From Candidatus Eiseniibacteriota bacterium (GTDB lineage: Bacteria; Joyebacterota; Joyebacteria; Joyebacterales; Joyebacteraceae), in assembly GCA_030622115.1 (NCBI GenBank), contig JAUXGN010000007.1, forward strand, positions 4,547-68,546: 64,000 nucleotides of DNA, in the 5' to 3' direction. Below are positions 47,056 through 56,939 of this stretch, in pieces. Both the position numbers and the translations under genes were made by a program. Positions within the stretch are counted from its first letter, which is position 1, and each line of letters begins with the position of its first letter. A model generated the notes under the pieces. The model saw only the letters and a program-made list of their open reading frames with translations, was not told the origin of the DNA and searched no databases.

Positions 47056-48396
47056 CTACCGTATGATGGCTACCTTCAGGAACTCGACGCTGCCGTTCGG
47101 AAGCGCAACTCTGAGAATGTAGACACCACTCGGCACTTCATTGAAAGCGCTGTCTAAGGAATCCCAGATGTATGGTTCATTGGGCTCAAGTTTCGCCATG
47201 CTCTGCCCGCTCAGGTCCAGGATCTCCACGTGCGACCCCTCGGGTGCACCGTAGATCTGCACCATCTGAGCGGATTGACCTTCCCGCCAGGGATTTGGGT
47301 AGACGAAGAGGTGGCCTGACTCTGCGGTGATTCCCGACCTCAGGAGATTGAGGCTGGTATCATCGATGAGTTCATTAACCGAGACCGCCCAGACGTTGCC
47401 GGTGGTCCTGTCGGCAACCACGTGGTCTATTCGCTCGTCGACGAGGCCGTCTGACTCATCGTACGTAAAAGCGACTCCGAGATTGCCGTAGAGCATGGCC
47501 ATCCCCTCGTCGGTTCCGACCCACATGTGCCCCTGCGCATCTTCTGAGACCGCTCGCACCTGGGTCCCGGGAAGGCCCTCCACCGTCGCCCAGCTTCCGG
47601 ATGAAGGATTGAAAACACCAAGGCCACCGAGTGTTCCCACCCAGATGCGGCCGTCACTCCCGACGGCAAGTGTATGGATCTGCGCGTCCGGGAGCCCGTT
47701 CTCATCGCTGTAGTGAATCCACGTATCGTCGGCGAACACCAGGGGGTCGCCGTAGTCCCACACATCGATGCCCGCCGCATTGTAGCCGATCCAGAGACGG
47801 CCATCCTGGTCGACAACCAGGGCGCGGACGTCATCGTCCGAGAAATGAGTCGAATCAGGAGTCCAGGCATTGTCGTAGTGCACCCACTCGACCGAATCGC
47901 CATGGTCCACGAAGAGCTCCAGGGTGCCGATTCCGGAGTGGTTCTCGTCCCGCATGCCGAACCAGATGCGTCCGCTCAGATCCTCGGCAGCGGAGAATAC
48001 CCTTTTATTGGCCAAGTCGGCTGGATAGCTGTAGTACGACCATGAATCGTCGGTTTTGTCTGCGAACGTCCCATTGTCATCGACGCAGTCTATGGTCTCC
48101 TCGCCGTCCCTTGTGACCCACTTGCGGCCCTCACTATCTACATAGACCCGGTAATTCCAGCTGTCCTTCCGGATCCCACCGTCTGCGACCTTGTGGGTGA
48201 CCCAGCTGTTCCCATCATACCCTGCCAGACCTTCACCGTGAGTGGAAAGCCAGATCGTACCCCCCTCGATGCACATATCGAAGATCTTGACGTCGTTCGG
48301 AGTGTCAACGGTCTCCCAATCCCCGGCCAGGGCAGCACTGGTTGCCCCGGAGAGCGTCGCTGCCAGTATGGCGAGCGCCAGCAGAACACTGCGCAT
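47056..48396 (-). CDS. Secreted beta-propeller protein with T9SS-like CTD, PorZ-like
   Basis: Signal peptide; repeated D..GR.W.GT..G blades; CTD VYPNPWR...ILDLSG...WD...PSGVY. Confidence 0.65.
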   Translation of the reverse strand: MRSVLLALAILAATLSGATSAALAGDWETVDTPNDVKIFDMCIEGGTIWLSTHGEGLAGYDGNSWVTHKVADGGIRKDSWNYRVYVDSEGRKWVTRDGEETIDCVDDNGTFADKTDDSWSYYSYPADLANKRVFSAAEDLSGRIWFGMRDENHSGIGTLELFVDHGDSVEWVHYDNAWTPDSTHFSDDDVRALVVDQDGRLWIGYNAAGIDVWDYGDPLVFADDTWIHYSDENGLPDAQIHTLAVGSDGRIWVGTLGGLGVFNPSSGSWATVEGLPGTQVRAVSEDAQGHMWVGTDEGMAMLYGNLGVAFTYDESDGLVDERIDHVVADRTTGNVWAVSVNELIDDTSLNLLRSGITAESGHLFVYPNPWREGQSAQMVQIYGAPEGSHVEILDLSGQSMAKLEPNEPYIWDSLDSAFNEVPSGVYILRVALPNGSVEFLKVAIIR

Positions 48397-48450
48397 ATGT
48401 TCAAACACCTCCGTCAGTGGTGTGTTACCTCGACAAACGTCATGAAACTT

Positions 48451-50646
48451 CTAGCGACTCGCGCGTCCCCCGGCAGAACGAAGAAGCCAGCGAATTATGA
48501 TCCGAAGATCGCTGCCAAGTGACCAGTTCTGAACGTAGTAAGCATCCAGAGCCGTGGCAGCATCATCGCTGGGACCCACTTGAGCTCCCGCGACCTGGGA
48601 GAGCCCAACAACCCCCGGTCGAGCGTCAAACCGGACACGAGACCTGGCATCGCATCTTGCGGCGATGGCCGGAATGAGAGGCTCCGGTCCCACGAGACTC
48701 ATCTCACCCCTGAGCACATTGATGAGCGCCGGGAATCGGTCCAGACCGTGCCGTACCGTGAAGCGTCGAATCGGCGGCGCGGGATTCTCGGGATGAAACA
48801 CAAACATCCGGTATCCCACCTGATCCCGTCCAACACGCGCGCTCCCTGTGAGCGGTCCACGGCCGCGCCTTGCCTTCGAGAGGAGAGCGGATATGCTCAG
48901 CACGGGAGACCACGCTGCCAAGAGAACAAGGGCCCCCGCTATGTCCAGAGCACGCTTGATCCCTGCCTTCGCACCCAGGAGGGCCTCACGCTCGAAAGTC
49001 ACGACCGGCGTGTCGAGAAACTCTTCAACGCGCGCTCGCTGCGTCATGATCCCCGTCAACCCCGAGACCATCCTGACATCCACGGTACTCCGCCTCGCCC
49101 GCAACAGAAAGTCCGAAATCTCCGAGTTTGGCAGCTCCGGATCAGCGAAGATGATCTCCTCGAGCCTCTGTGTCTCAACAAGCTCGATGAGGTTGTCAAG
49201 CGTCCCTATGACGGGAACCGCCGACGGCTCATGTTCACCCAACCCAGGATCCACCAGTCCAGCGAGATCGTAACCAAGATCAGGCCGGGATGCGATGCCT
49301 TCCGCAAGGCGAACTGCCGTCCTCCCTGTTCCAACAATTGCGACACGCGCCAGATCGAAACTCCCTGCCCTTATTTGGCTGTGGAGTTGTCCGAGCCCCG
49401 CCCGCTGAATCGAAACCAGGAACGCTACTAGTACACTGAAGGTCCCGACGAGCACTCGTGAGTAGACAGTAGTGGAAGCAAGGAACGTACTGGCCATCAG
49501 AATGATCGCGGCCACAGCTGAAGCCCGGATCACGCGCAGGAACGTGTCCGTCCAGGGCTCGCGCTCCTGTCTGGCGTCGTAGAGGCCGAAGAAGGCAAAC
49601 GTGATCAGAAACATGATGTTCGAGAAGATCAGGAAGGCCCAGTAGACCTCTACGCCGAAAAGGGGCTTGGTCAAGAAGCCGCGCAGGCTTGAGCGAAGCA
49701 GATACGCGAGTGTGAAGCCGGCATTGACGGCCACCAGATCGGAGATCAGAAGCAGTGACGACAGTAGGATCCGCCGGTGCCTTTTCAGAGCGTAGATGAG
49801 TCCTCCCCACTTCTCATAGAAGTGTGCGAGCGAAAGCAAATGAGCCACTAGTTGCCGGTTGACACCTGGTCTGGCGCTCTCTCGTGCATGACGGTGCATC
49901 ATGACCGACGCTGGAACGTAGTAAACCTTCCAGCCGCCACGCCACATTCTGTAGCACCAATCTACATCCTCGAAGTAGAGGAAGAATCGCTCATCCATCG
50001 GACCTACGTCGGCCAAGGCGTCGCGCCTCACCAACATGCAGGCGCCGAGTATCCAGTCCACCTCGCGCGGCGTCTCGTGGTCGTAGTCGAGCATCAAGTG
50101 CCGATGGATCGTCCGGCTTCGCTTGAACACGGCTCCGAGGAATGTCCTCCTTAGAACGAGAGTCCAGAAGGTGTAGAAAGCGCGGCACGAGTGCTGAAGG
50201 CTCCCATCCGTGTTGAGGAGCTTCGCCCCCGCTATTCCTACGTCACCGTGACCGTCCATGAAATCCACCAGAACATCGAGCGACCTGCTCCCGATCTGGA
50301 TGTCCGGATTCAGCACGAGGACGTAGCGTCCCCTTGCTTCTCTGATGCCTCTGTTGACGGCCCTCGAAAGGCCGACATTGCTCAAGTTCTCAAAGAGCCT
50401 GACCCATGGAAACTCGCGACTGACCAGCTCACCGGTATCATCCGACGACGCATTGTCAACGACAATGGTCTCACTGGCGGCAACATCCTCCGATGCTTCT
50501 ATGGCCTTCAGGCAACGGCCAAGATCATCACGGCTGTTGTACCCGACGATCACGATCGACAGGTCGAGAGATTCTCCGCGGGCGTTCACACTCTCCTCAA
50601 TATCCGATCGAGTCGCAGGCGCCATACGAGCCACATCGCTTCCCAT
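48451..50646 (-). CDS. Fusion of GT2 and a WcaJ-like polyprenyl phosphoglycosyltransferase with a degenerate active site
   Basis: N-terminal GT2 (VVDNAS, LNPD, FLYFEDVDWC), four TMs, IVGTG domain, KRALD...INVLRGEMSLVGP. Confidence 0.85.
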   Translation of the reverse strand: MGSDVARMAPATRSDIEESVNARGESLDLSIVIVGYNSRDDLGRCLKAIEASEDVAASETIVVDNASSDDTGELVSREFPWVRLFENLSNVGLSRAVNRGIREARGRYVLVLNPDIQIGSRSLDVLVDFMDGHGDVGIAGAKLLNTDGSLQHSCRAFYTFWTLVLRRTFLGAVFKRSRTIHRHLMLDYDHETPREVDWILGACMLVRRDALADVGPMDERFFLYFEDVDWCYRMWRGGWKVYYVPASVMMHRHARESARPGVNRQLVAHLLSLAHFYEKWGGLIYALKRHRRILLSSLLLISDLVAVNAGFTLAYLLRSSLRGFLTKPLFGVEVYWAFLIFSNIMFLITFAFFGLYDARQEREPWTDTFLRVIRASAVAAIILMASTFLASTTVYSRVLVGTFSVLVAFLVSIQRAGLGQLHSQIRAGSFDLARVAIVGTGRTAVRLAEGIASRPDLGYDLAGLVDPGLGEHEPSAVPVIGTLDNLIELVETQRLEEIIFADPELPNSEISDFLLRARRSTVDVRMVSGLTGIMTQRARVEEFLDTPVVTFEREALLGAKAGIKRALDIAGALVLLAAWSPVLSISALLSKARRGRGPLTGSARVGRDQVGYRMFVFHPENPAPPIRRFTVRHGLDRFPALINVLRGEMSLVGPEPLIPAIAARCDARSRVRFDARPGVVGLSQVAGAQVGPSDDAATALDAYYVQNWSLGSDLRIIIRWLLRSAGGRASR

Positions 50647-51299
50647 ACGATCCGCCTGGACATCTTGGATGTCCCTGAATGTCGATCCACGAAAACGATC
50701 GGGATCTCATGGATGGAGAAGCCCTTCCTCCAACACCGGAAGTTGACTTCGATCTGGAACGAGTAGCCGTCCGACCTGATGGCATCGAGATCGATCGTCT
50801 CGAGCACCTTCCTTCTGAAGCACTTGAAACCGCCCGTAGAATCTCGCACCGGAAGGCCGGTAATGATGTGCGTGTATACATTTGCGAAGTAGCTCAGGAA
50901 GAGACGTCTGAGAGGCCAGTTCACCACATTGGCGCCCGTGATATAGCGGGATCCGAGAACTAGATCGTAGCTCTCGGCCTCTCGCACAAGGTCCGCTATC
51001 ACGGTTGGATCGTGAGAGAAATCAGCGTCCATCTGGATGATGAGGTCTGCATCAGTACCGAGAGCGTAGTGGAAGCCCCGGACGTAGGCGGAGCCAAGCC
51101 CCATCTTCTTCGGGCGGTGTATGACGTGCACACGCTCGTCTCCGGCCGCCAGCCCATCAGCCAGCTCGCCGGTTCCGTCGGGCGATCCGTCATCCACGAC
51201 GAGTAGGCGAACGTCCGGCAATTGAGACAGTACCAGCGGCGCCAGCTTAGTCAGGTTCTCCCGCTCGTTGTACGTCGGAACAATGACCATCACCGTCAT
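50586..51299 (-). CDS. Polyprenol monophosphomannose synthase (Ppm1/Dpm1-like)
   Basis: PTYNEREN, VDDGSPDGT, GLGSAY, MDADFSH, GYSFQIE, IPIVFVDR. Confidence 0.9.
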   Translation of the reverse strand: MTVMVIVPTYNERENLTKLAPLVLSQLPDVRLLVVDDGSPDGTGELADGLAAGDERVHVIHRPKKMGLGSAYVRGFHYALGTDADLIIQMDADFSHDPTVIADLVREAESYDLVLGSRYITGANVVNWPLRRLFLSYFANVYTHIITGLPVRDSTGGFKCFRRKVLETIDLDAIRSDGYSFQIEVNFRCWRKGFSIHEIPIVFVDRHSGTSKMSRRIVWEAMWLVWRLRLDRILRRV

Positions 51300-53809
51300 T
51301 TGGTTTCTCTCCGCTTCCCATCCCTCACGGGGAGTGCCCACAGGAGCGCGATGACGAGCGCCGACAGCACCGTAACGACGAGCCCCGCCCGGAGCCCCTC
51401 GGGTGTGTAGGCCATTACTACCGTGTGCTTCCCCGGTTCCAGATAGACCGAGCGGAAGGCGTAGTTCGTCCGGTAGATAGAGGTCTCTTCATCGTTGACG
51501 AACGCCTTCCATCCTCGTGGGTAGTATAGCTCAGAAAAGACGAGAAGACAAGGTCGCGTGATCTCTGCCGTTACGACGATTCTCTCGGCCGAGTACGAAA
51601 CGAGTTCGGCCTTGCTGTCCCCCACATCCTCCACAGGCCCCGGCAGTTCTCGGTCGACGATGGCGTACGCAGCAGGGTTGAACCCGTCGGTACCGAGCTC
51701 GCCCAGGGCGAGATTTTCGGACTGGACGACCTTGGCGCTGCCCATGAGGAACACGCGCTCCATTGCCGCGAGGTTCTCATGAACGCCGGGCGCGACCATC
51801 AGGAACGCCGCGTGTCCGATATCCTCCTCGGGTCCGACCAGATAACGCACGTTCGTAAGAGCGAAGAACTTCAGCGTGGCGACCCCGAGTCCGTCCATGA
51901 GACGGTCATAGATCTGGAGCTTCGCAGGATGATACCCACCGATCGATTCGATCCCGTGGTACATCCACTCATTGGATGAGAAGCTCTGCCCGAGGGGCGC
52001 CACCCGGAACACTCCGGGTTGCTGCTTCAGATAGGTTATTGCGGGGGTCTCCCTGAAGTAGGTTGACAGCGGTCTCATCGGCTCCGGGTGGACGAAGCGA
52101 GCGTTCACCGTCGAGAGATCCCAGACGATGAGCCCCAACAACAAGAGCGCCACGATCCAGCGGGCGAGTTTCCTGGTGGACGCCACGAAGATCACAACAC
52201 CTGTCGCGGCAGCGAAGGCCAGCAGGATGCCTGCGTCTCTCGTGGCCAGGGTGGCGGCGCGAACTCCCACCTGCCTGAGCGCAGATGCTGCAACACCGGT
52301 GTGTTTCGCCATCAGGGACGCTGAGGCAGCCTGCTCAATGGACGAGTGAAACAACATCACCATCACACCCACTCCCATTCCCACTGCTGCCGTTCCGATC
52401 GCCCACCGCAGCCATCCGCCTTCTCCCGTTCCGGACTCTCTCTTTCTGGAGAGGATTTCGGACCTGTTCCTCTCGCCCAAGAGAACACCGGCGCCGTGTC
52501 CGGCCAGCGCGGCAAGCGAGAACTGAGAGAGGAGAAGGAAGAGCGCCGGAACACGGAAGCGACTGAATCCGGGCAGTACATCGTACATGATGCGATAGAC
52601 GGGCCCGATGTGGCGGCCAAATGACAGGAAGATGCCTGCCGCCGCCAGGATCAGAAGGAAGCGGACGTCACGATCCCGCTTTCGGAAGACCGCAATCGCG
52701 GCCAGGGCGAGAACGACGTACCCAACGTAGTGTGAGACCTGCTGAAACGGCATGGTTCCCCAGTAGGTCTCGTTGGACAGCCCAAGAATGGACGGAACAA
52801 GGAACGTCCCGAGTTCCGCTGGGTGGAAGGACCACATGGTGGCTTGTGCGAATCCCATCCCACCGTTCTCTGCCACTCGCGTAGAGAGGTCTGAGTAGTT
52901 TATCAGCGGCAGGAGGAGAACGGCAGCCAGAGTCGCAGCCAGGACTCCGGCCGAGAGGAGTTGCCCCGCTCTCAGGAACAGCACACCGGGGCGCGTTCCA
53001 TCTCGCCGTGCGCTGATGAGATAGAAAACGAGAACGAGCCCCACGGCGAGCCACGTATAGTAGCTGACCTGGACGTGTCGCGCCAGGAACTGCAATCCAC
53101 CCACTGTCGCGAGGATGCCTATCCAGCGACGCTGTCCCGTCTCGAGCAGCCTGAAGGCAGCAAGCAGGACCAGAGGAATGTAGGCTGCGCTCAGGACCTT
53201 GCCGCCATGTCCTATCGCGGCAAGCCCCACAAGATGAGGTGAGAGCATGAACGCCACGCCTGCGATGGTGGCCCCGGCGTGGCCCACCTTTCTCGAGCGA
53301 AGGAAGAAGAAAGTTCCTACTCCCGCCAGGATGTAGTGGAGAACCAGGAAGAAAAGCCTCGGGAGGGCGACGCCGGGAACGCTCTCAAGGAGTCTGCGGA
53401 TCCAGTAGTTCGGGTACACGATCCCGTTCCATGTCATGCTTTCGAGAAACGGCATCCCCGAGAAGATGTATGGATTCCAGAGCGGCAGATGCCCGTTCGC
53501 GATCTGTTTGGTGGCGTAGTCTTCGAATATGGCGGCTCCCGCCAGCACGTCACCGCCGGTCAGGATCTCACCGCCGAATATGACTCGACGGAAGTAGAAC
53601 AGGCCTACGCCGACGATGATGGCAAGCGAGATGAGCGTCGCTCTATTGCCGAAGACGGACCAACCACTCAGCGCCTCCGGACTGCGCCCCGAGCGCTCGG
53701 TCTTCGTCTCCCGGCGTCCTTCCGGGGCTTTCTGGCCCGTGCCGGGTCTCCTCCGGCGTCCACCGGCCGGCTGTTTCTTCCGTTCGTGAGGCATTCGCGT
53801 CTCTCCCAT
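51296..53809 (-). CDS. YfhO-family membrane protein (GT-C-like)
   Basis: PLWNPYIFSGMP, H.QVSYY, FR.P, GYHPAKL, SE.YYP.GWKA, NYAFR. Confidence 0.82.
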   Translation of the reverse strand: MGETRMPHERKKQPAGGRRRRPGTGQKAPEGRRETKTERSGRSPEALSGWSVFGNRATLISLAIIVGVGLFYFRRVIFGGEILTGGDVLAGAAIFEDYATKQIANGHLPLWNPYIFSGMPFLESMTWNGIVYPNYWIRRLLESVPGVALPRLFFLVLHYILAGVGTFFFLRSRKVGHAGATIAGVAFMLSPHLVGLAAIGHGGKVLSAAYIPLVLLAAFRLLETGQRRWIGILATVGGLQFLARHVQVSYYTWLAVGLVLVFYLISARRDGTRPGVLFLRAGQLLSAGVLAATLAAVLLLPLINYSDLSTRVAENGGMGFAQATMWSFHPAELGTFLVPSILGLSNETYWGTMPFQQVSHYVGYVVLALAAIAVFRKRDRDVRFLLILAAAGIFLSFGRHIGPVYRIMYDVLPGFSRFRVPALFLLLSQFSLAALAGHGAGVLLGERNRSEILSRKRESGTGEGGWLRWAIGTAAVGMGVGVMVMLFHSSIEQAASASLMAKHTGVAASALRQVGVRAATLATRDAGILLAFAAATGVVIFVASTRKLARWIVALLLLGLIVWDLSTVNARFVHPEPMRPLSTYFRETPAITYLKQQPGVFRVAPLGQSFSSNEWMYHGIESIGGYHPAKLQIYDRLMDGLGVATLKFFALTNVRYLVGPEEDIGHAAFLMVAPGVHENLAAMERVFLMGSAKVVQSENLALGELGTDGFNPAAYAIVDRELPGPVEDVGDSKAELVSYSAERIVVTAEITRPCLLVFSELYYPRGWKAFVNDEETSIYRTNYAFRSVYLEPGKHTVVMAYTPEGLRAGLVVTVLSALVIALLWALPVRDGKRRETK

Positions 53810-53842
53810 GTAGTGGTCCGGCTATTCGGACGGCTTGGAATC

Positions 53843-55120
53843 TCAGAGCCTGCCGGCAACGTTGCCCTCCGGCCTTTCACCGAGATGAGAGCGGTATCTT
53901 GCCAGCACCAGCAATCCACCGGCCAGACGTATCCCCCCGGCGATGGCTGTCGCCACCGCCGCTCCCATCAGTCCCCATCTCAGAATGAGAACGATATCAA
54001 GCGCAACATTCACGGTCAGCGTCCCGAAGTTCAGCCACATGAACTGCTTCATGGCAACTCGGGGCAGGCGGCCTCCAATGAGGCTGCTTGGAATAGAGTA
54101 GAACAGCTTGAACACGCCGGACAAGATGAAAGGCAGTATCAGATAGGAGCCCGAGTCATACCGGCCCTTGTACAAGAAATGTACCGCATCGTCGCCAAAG
54201 AAGTAGTAGGCCGAAGAGACGACCAGAGCGAGAAGGGCGATCGCCCCGAAATAGCGGCCGAGACGGACTCGCGCCATCGAACCGGCGTTTGGCATGAGCA
54301 CGTATCCGATGGAGTAGAAGAGAAAGTCGAATCCCTTCATCGTGGCGAAGATGGTGGCGTAGACCGCTAGATCTGCGTAGCTCATCATCTTGCCGATAAT
54401 GAGCTTGTCGAGTCCAATCATCACGGAGAACGAAAGCCCCGTTCCGAGGAAGAGTAGCCCCTCCCTCAGCACGGATGATGGAACCGGCAGAAGACCTTCG
54501 GAACTTGCGGCGCCTCGCTTCGAGGCACGATGGGCGCCATTGAGCAGCAGCCAGCCCGCCGAGCCCCCGAACGCCAGGATCAGCGCCCATTGAACGGATC
54601 TGAGTTCCATACGCCCAGCCAGAAAGAGAAGTGAGAAGAGCACTGCCATGAGGAAGACAGGCATCTGCCTGCAGAGCATGGCTTGCTCGTAGCGGTGCCG
54701 GGCTCGCTCCACGCCGCTCACGAGGAGGACGGCATTCTGGGAGGCCACAAGAACAAGAAGTGTCAATATCGAGAGAACGGTCAATGCGTAGTACAGGCCG
54801 GCGATGACGCCCGCGGCGATGCCGAGCGGCACGACCATGATGAGTACCCGCCTCAGGTGCGCCGGGATGTCGTAGGTGTCGCCGGACGAGCGGGAGATGA
54901 ACCGCACGGTCGCGGGTTCCTGGCCCAGGAGAGAGATAGTCGACAGGAGTGGGAGAGCCCCCAGAAGGAGTGAGATGATGCCTACGGACTCCTTCGGAAG
55001 CCCCCTTGCCAGAAGCACCTGGCTCAGAACCTGGAGTAGAGCAGCCGCGAGGACGATTCCAAAAACGGAGCCTATCCTGATGTGAGTTCCGTTGCTCCGT
55101 AGTCCAGTTGATGCGCGCAA
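53843..55120 (-). CDS. Oligosaccharide flippase (Wzx/MOP-like)
   Basis: About 12 TMs, DKLIIG....ADLAVY, LILRWGLMGAAVAT. Confidence 0.75.
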   Translation of the reverse strand: MRASTGLRSNGTHIRIGSVFGIVLAAALLQVLSQVLLARGLPKESVGIISLLLGALPLLSTISLLGQEPATVRFISRSSGDTYDIPAHLRRVLIMVVPLGIAAGVIAGLYYALTVLSILTLLVLVASQNAVLLVSGVERARHRYEQAMLCRQMPVFLMAVLFSLLFLAGRMELRSVQWALILAFGGSAGWLLLNGAHRASKRGAASSEGLLPVPSSVLREGLLFLGTGLSFSVMIGLDKLIIGKMMSYADLAVYATIFATMKGFDFLFYSIGYVLMPNAGSMARVRLGRYFGAIALLALVVSSAYYFFGDDAVHFLYKGRYDSGSYLILPFILSGVFKLFYSIPSSLIGGRLPRVAMKQFMWLNFGTLTVNVALDIVLILRWGLMGAAVATAIAGGIRLAGGLLVLARYRSHLGERPEGNVAGRL

Positions 55121-55150
55121 GGGTCCTCCGGGACTTGGATGCCGGCACTT

Positions 55151-56935
55151 CTACTCGATATAGCCCAGCGATCTGAGTTGCTCCTTGATCGATTCGTCCA
55201 TCGTCGAACCAAGTTCCGTGCTCTCTCTGGCGACTGCCGCGTCGTAGCTCGCAACCGAACACAGAGGATAACGCGCAAGATGCTCGGGACTGATCGTCTC
55301 ACGCAGAATGCGACCATCCATGTCGTCGGGCACCGCCAGACCGAGCACCGCGAGGCAAGTCGGAGCGATATCGAGGATTGTTGCGTCGTCGAAGCGACCC
55401 AGCATCCTGAAGGCGGGTCCGGCGCCTATGACGACACCCTGTCTGTGATGCATCCCGGTGAGCTGAGGCATCCTGGGGTTGAGTTCCAGCCGTGGTTGGA
55501 AGCCGTGGTCTGAGACCAGAAGCACATTCGTGTCATCCCCCACTGATTCCAACAACCTGCCCAGCAGGCGATCCGTGTATCTGTAGTAGTTCGGGATGAC
55601 ATCTCTGTAGCTGGTGACATCTTCCGGCGTCACAGTTCCGAATGGTTCCGGATCCGAATACTGCCAGAAGAAATGCTGCACGAAGTCGATGCCCCTGAGA
55701 TAGACCGCCGAGAAATCCGGGTCGTACTGCGGGATGAAGAAGCCTGCGACACCGGCGTATATCTCGTCCCTCAGATATCCCCATCTCAGTGGCTCGTCGA
55801 CGATTCTGTTCTGCTGGTAGCGCTTGTCATCCTTGTCAAAGCGCTTGTAGCCGGGGTCGAACGCAAACGAGCCGAATGAGCGAAGTCGCTCGTTTGTCGG
55901 CTGCCCCTGGATCGTATGCAGGAACTGCAAGGGACCTCTCAGAAGCGAATGGACGCGGTCTGAGACCATGAAGCCGTTCACGTCGTCGGCCGGCCACGTC
56001 ACGTACCACCCGGTCACACCCACGACTCCGCCGTGGCCCGAGACTATCTCCCATACGGCAGGCGCGCTTCTCATTGCCGCATTGACGGGAACACCGTTGA
56101 GATCCACGAAGCCCAGAATCCCATGTTTCTCGGGGACTTTACCCGTGGCTATTGTTGTCCATATCCTAGGCGATATCATCGGCTCCGTTGTGAGCAGGGA
56201 ACCGTGCCAACCGCGCTCCATCAGTCTCTGGAAGTTCGGTAGCTCTCCGGCTTCAACCAGAGGCCCGAGCATCTCCCAATCGCACCCGTCCACGCCGATC
56301 ACGATGAGGCGCGGCATCTCGGGTCGCGCCTCCCCGGCAGAGAGCGAGAAGCTCGGGCGCGCCCGGGATCGCAAGCCCGGGCCTATCGCCGGCACCAGAA
56401 GAGCGATCATAACGGAGACAAGTCCGATGGTGCGTATTCCTGTCGTGGTGAATGCGCTTCTCAGAAGCACAAGGAGACGAATGACAAGAAACGCCACCAC
56501 CAGACCAAGCACGAGACCTCCGACAAGCACAAGACCCGCCCCGATTATGTTGAGCTGGAAGGTTGTCAGCGTGCCTGCGCGAACAAACGTCTCCGAGCCC
56601 TTCACCGGCAGGAAGGTGAGCGTCGAAAACACCCACGCCGTCACCGTCATCATGGTGAAGACGAGGCGACTCTCAGCGCGGGAGATGTCGCGCTTCTTCA
56701 ATAGACCAAACAGCATTGGCAGGAGCGCGAGTAGCCCGATCAGAAGGTAGCAGAGCAAAGAGACGGCGATGATGGGAACGATCTGCTTCGGAGCAAGAGC
56801 GATAGTGAAATTGCTCGTGCGCACGCCGAAAATCCCCAGATACGCGCCAATGGCGACGGCAAAGGCCAGCGCGAAAAGAGGAAGGCGGATCAGAATCGAT
56901 CTCATCCCCGTTGCCGTCTGCTTCGTGCGTCTCAT
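55151..56935 (-). CDS. Membrane-anchored alkaline phosphatase superfamily (NPP-like) protein
   Basis: N-terminal TMs; GVDG, SPRIWTTIATG, DFVQH, SDHG, DIAPT, LRSLGYIE. Confidence 0.82.
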   Translation of the reverse strand: MRRTKQTATGMRSILIRLPLFALAFAVAIGAYLGIFGVRTSNFTIALAPKQIVPIIAVSLLCYLLIGLLALLPMLFGLLKKRDISRAESRLVFTMMTVTAWVFSTLTFLPVKGSETFVRAGTLTTFQLNIIGAGLVLVGGLVLGLVVAFLVIRLLVLLRSAFTTTGIRTIGLVSVMIALLVPAIGPGLRSRARPSFSLSAGEARPEMPRLIVIGVDGCDWEMLGPLVEAGELPNFQRLMERGWHGSLLTTEPMISPRIWTTIATGKVPEKHGILGFVDLNGVPVNAAMRSAPAVWEIVSGHGGVVGVTGWYVTWPADDVNGFMVSDRVHSLLRGPLQFLHTIQGQPTNERLRSFGSFAFDPGYKRFDKDDKRYQQNRIVDEPLRWGYLRDEIYAGVAGFFIPQYDPDFSAVYLRGIDFVQHFFWQYSDPEPFGTVTPEDVTSYRDVIPNYYRYTDRLLGRLLESVGDDTNVLLVSDHGFQPRLELNPRMPQLTGMHHRQGVVIGAGPAFRMLGRFDDATILDIAPTCLAVLGLAVPDDMDGRILRETISPEHLARYPLCSVASYDAAVARESTELGSTMDESIKEQLRSLGYIE

Positions 56936-56939
56936 CTCA

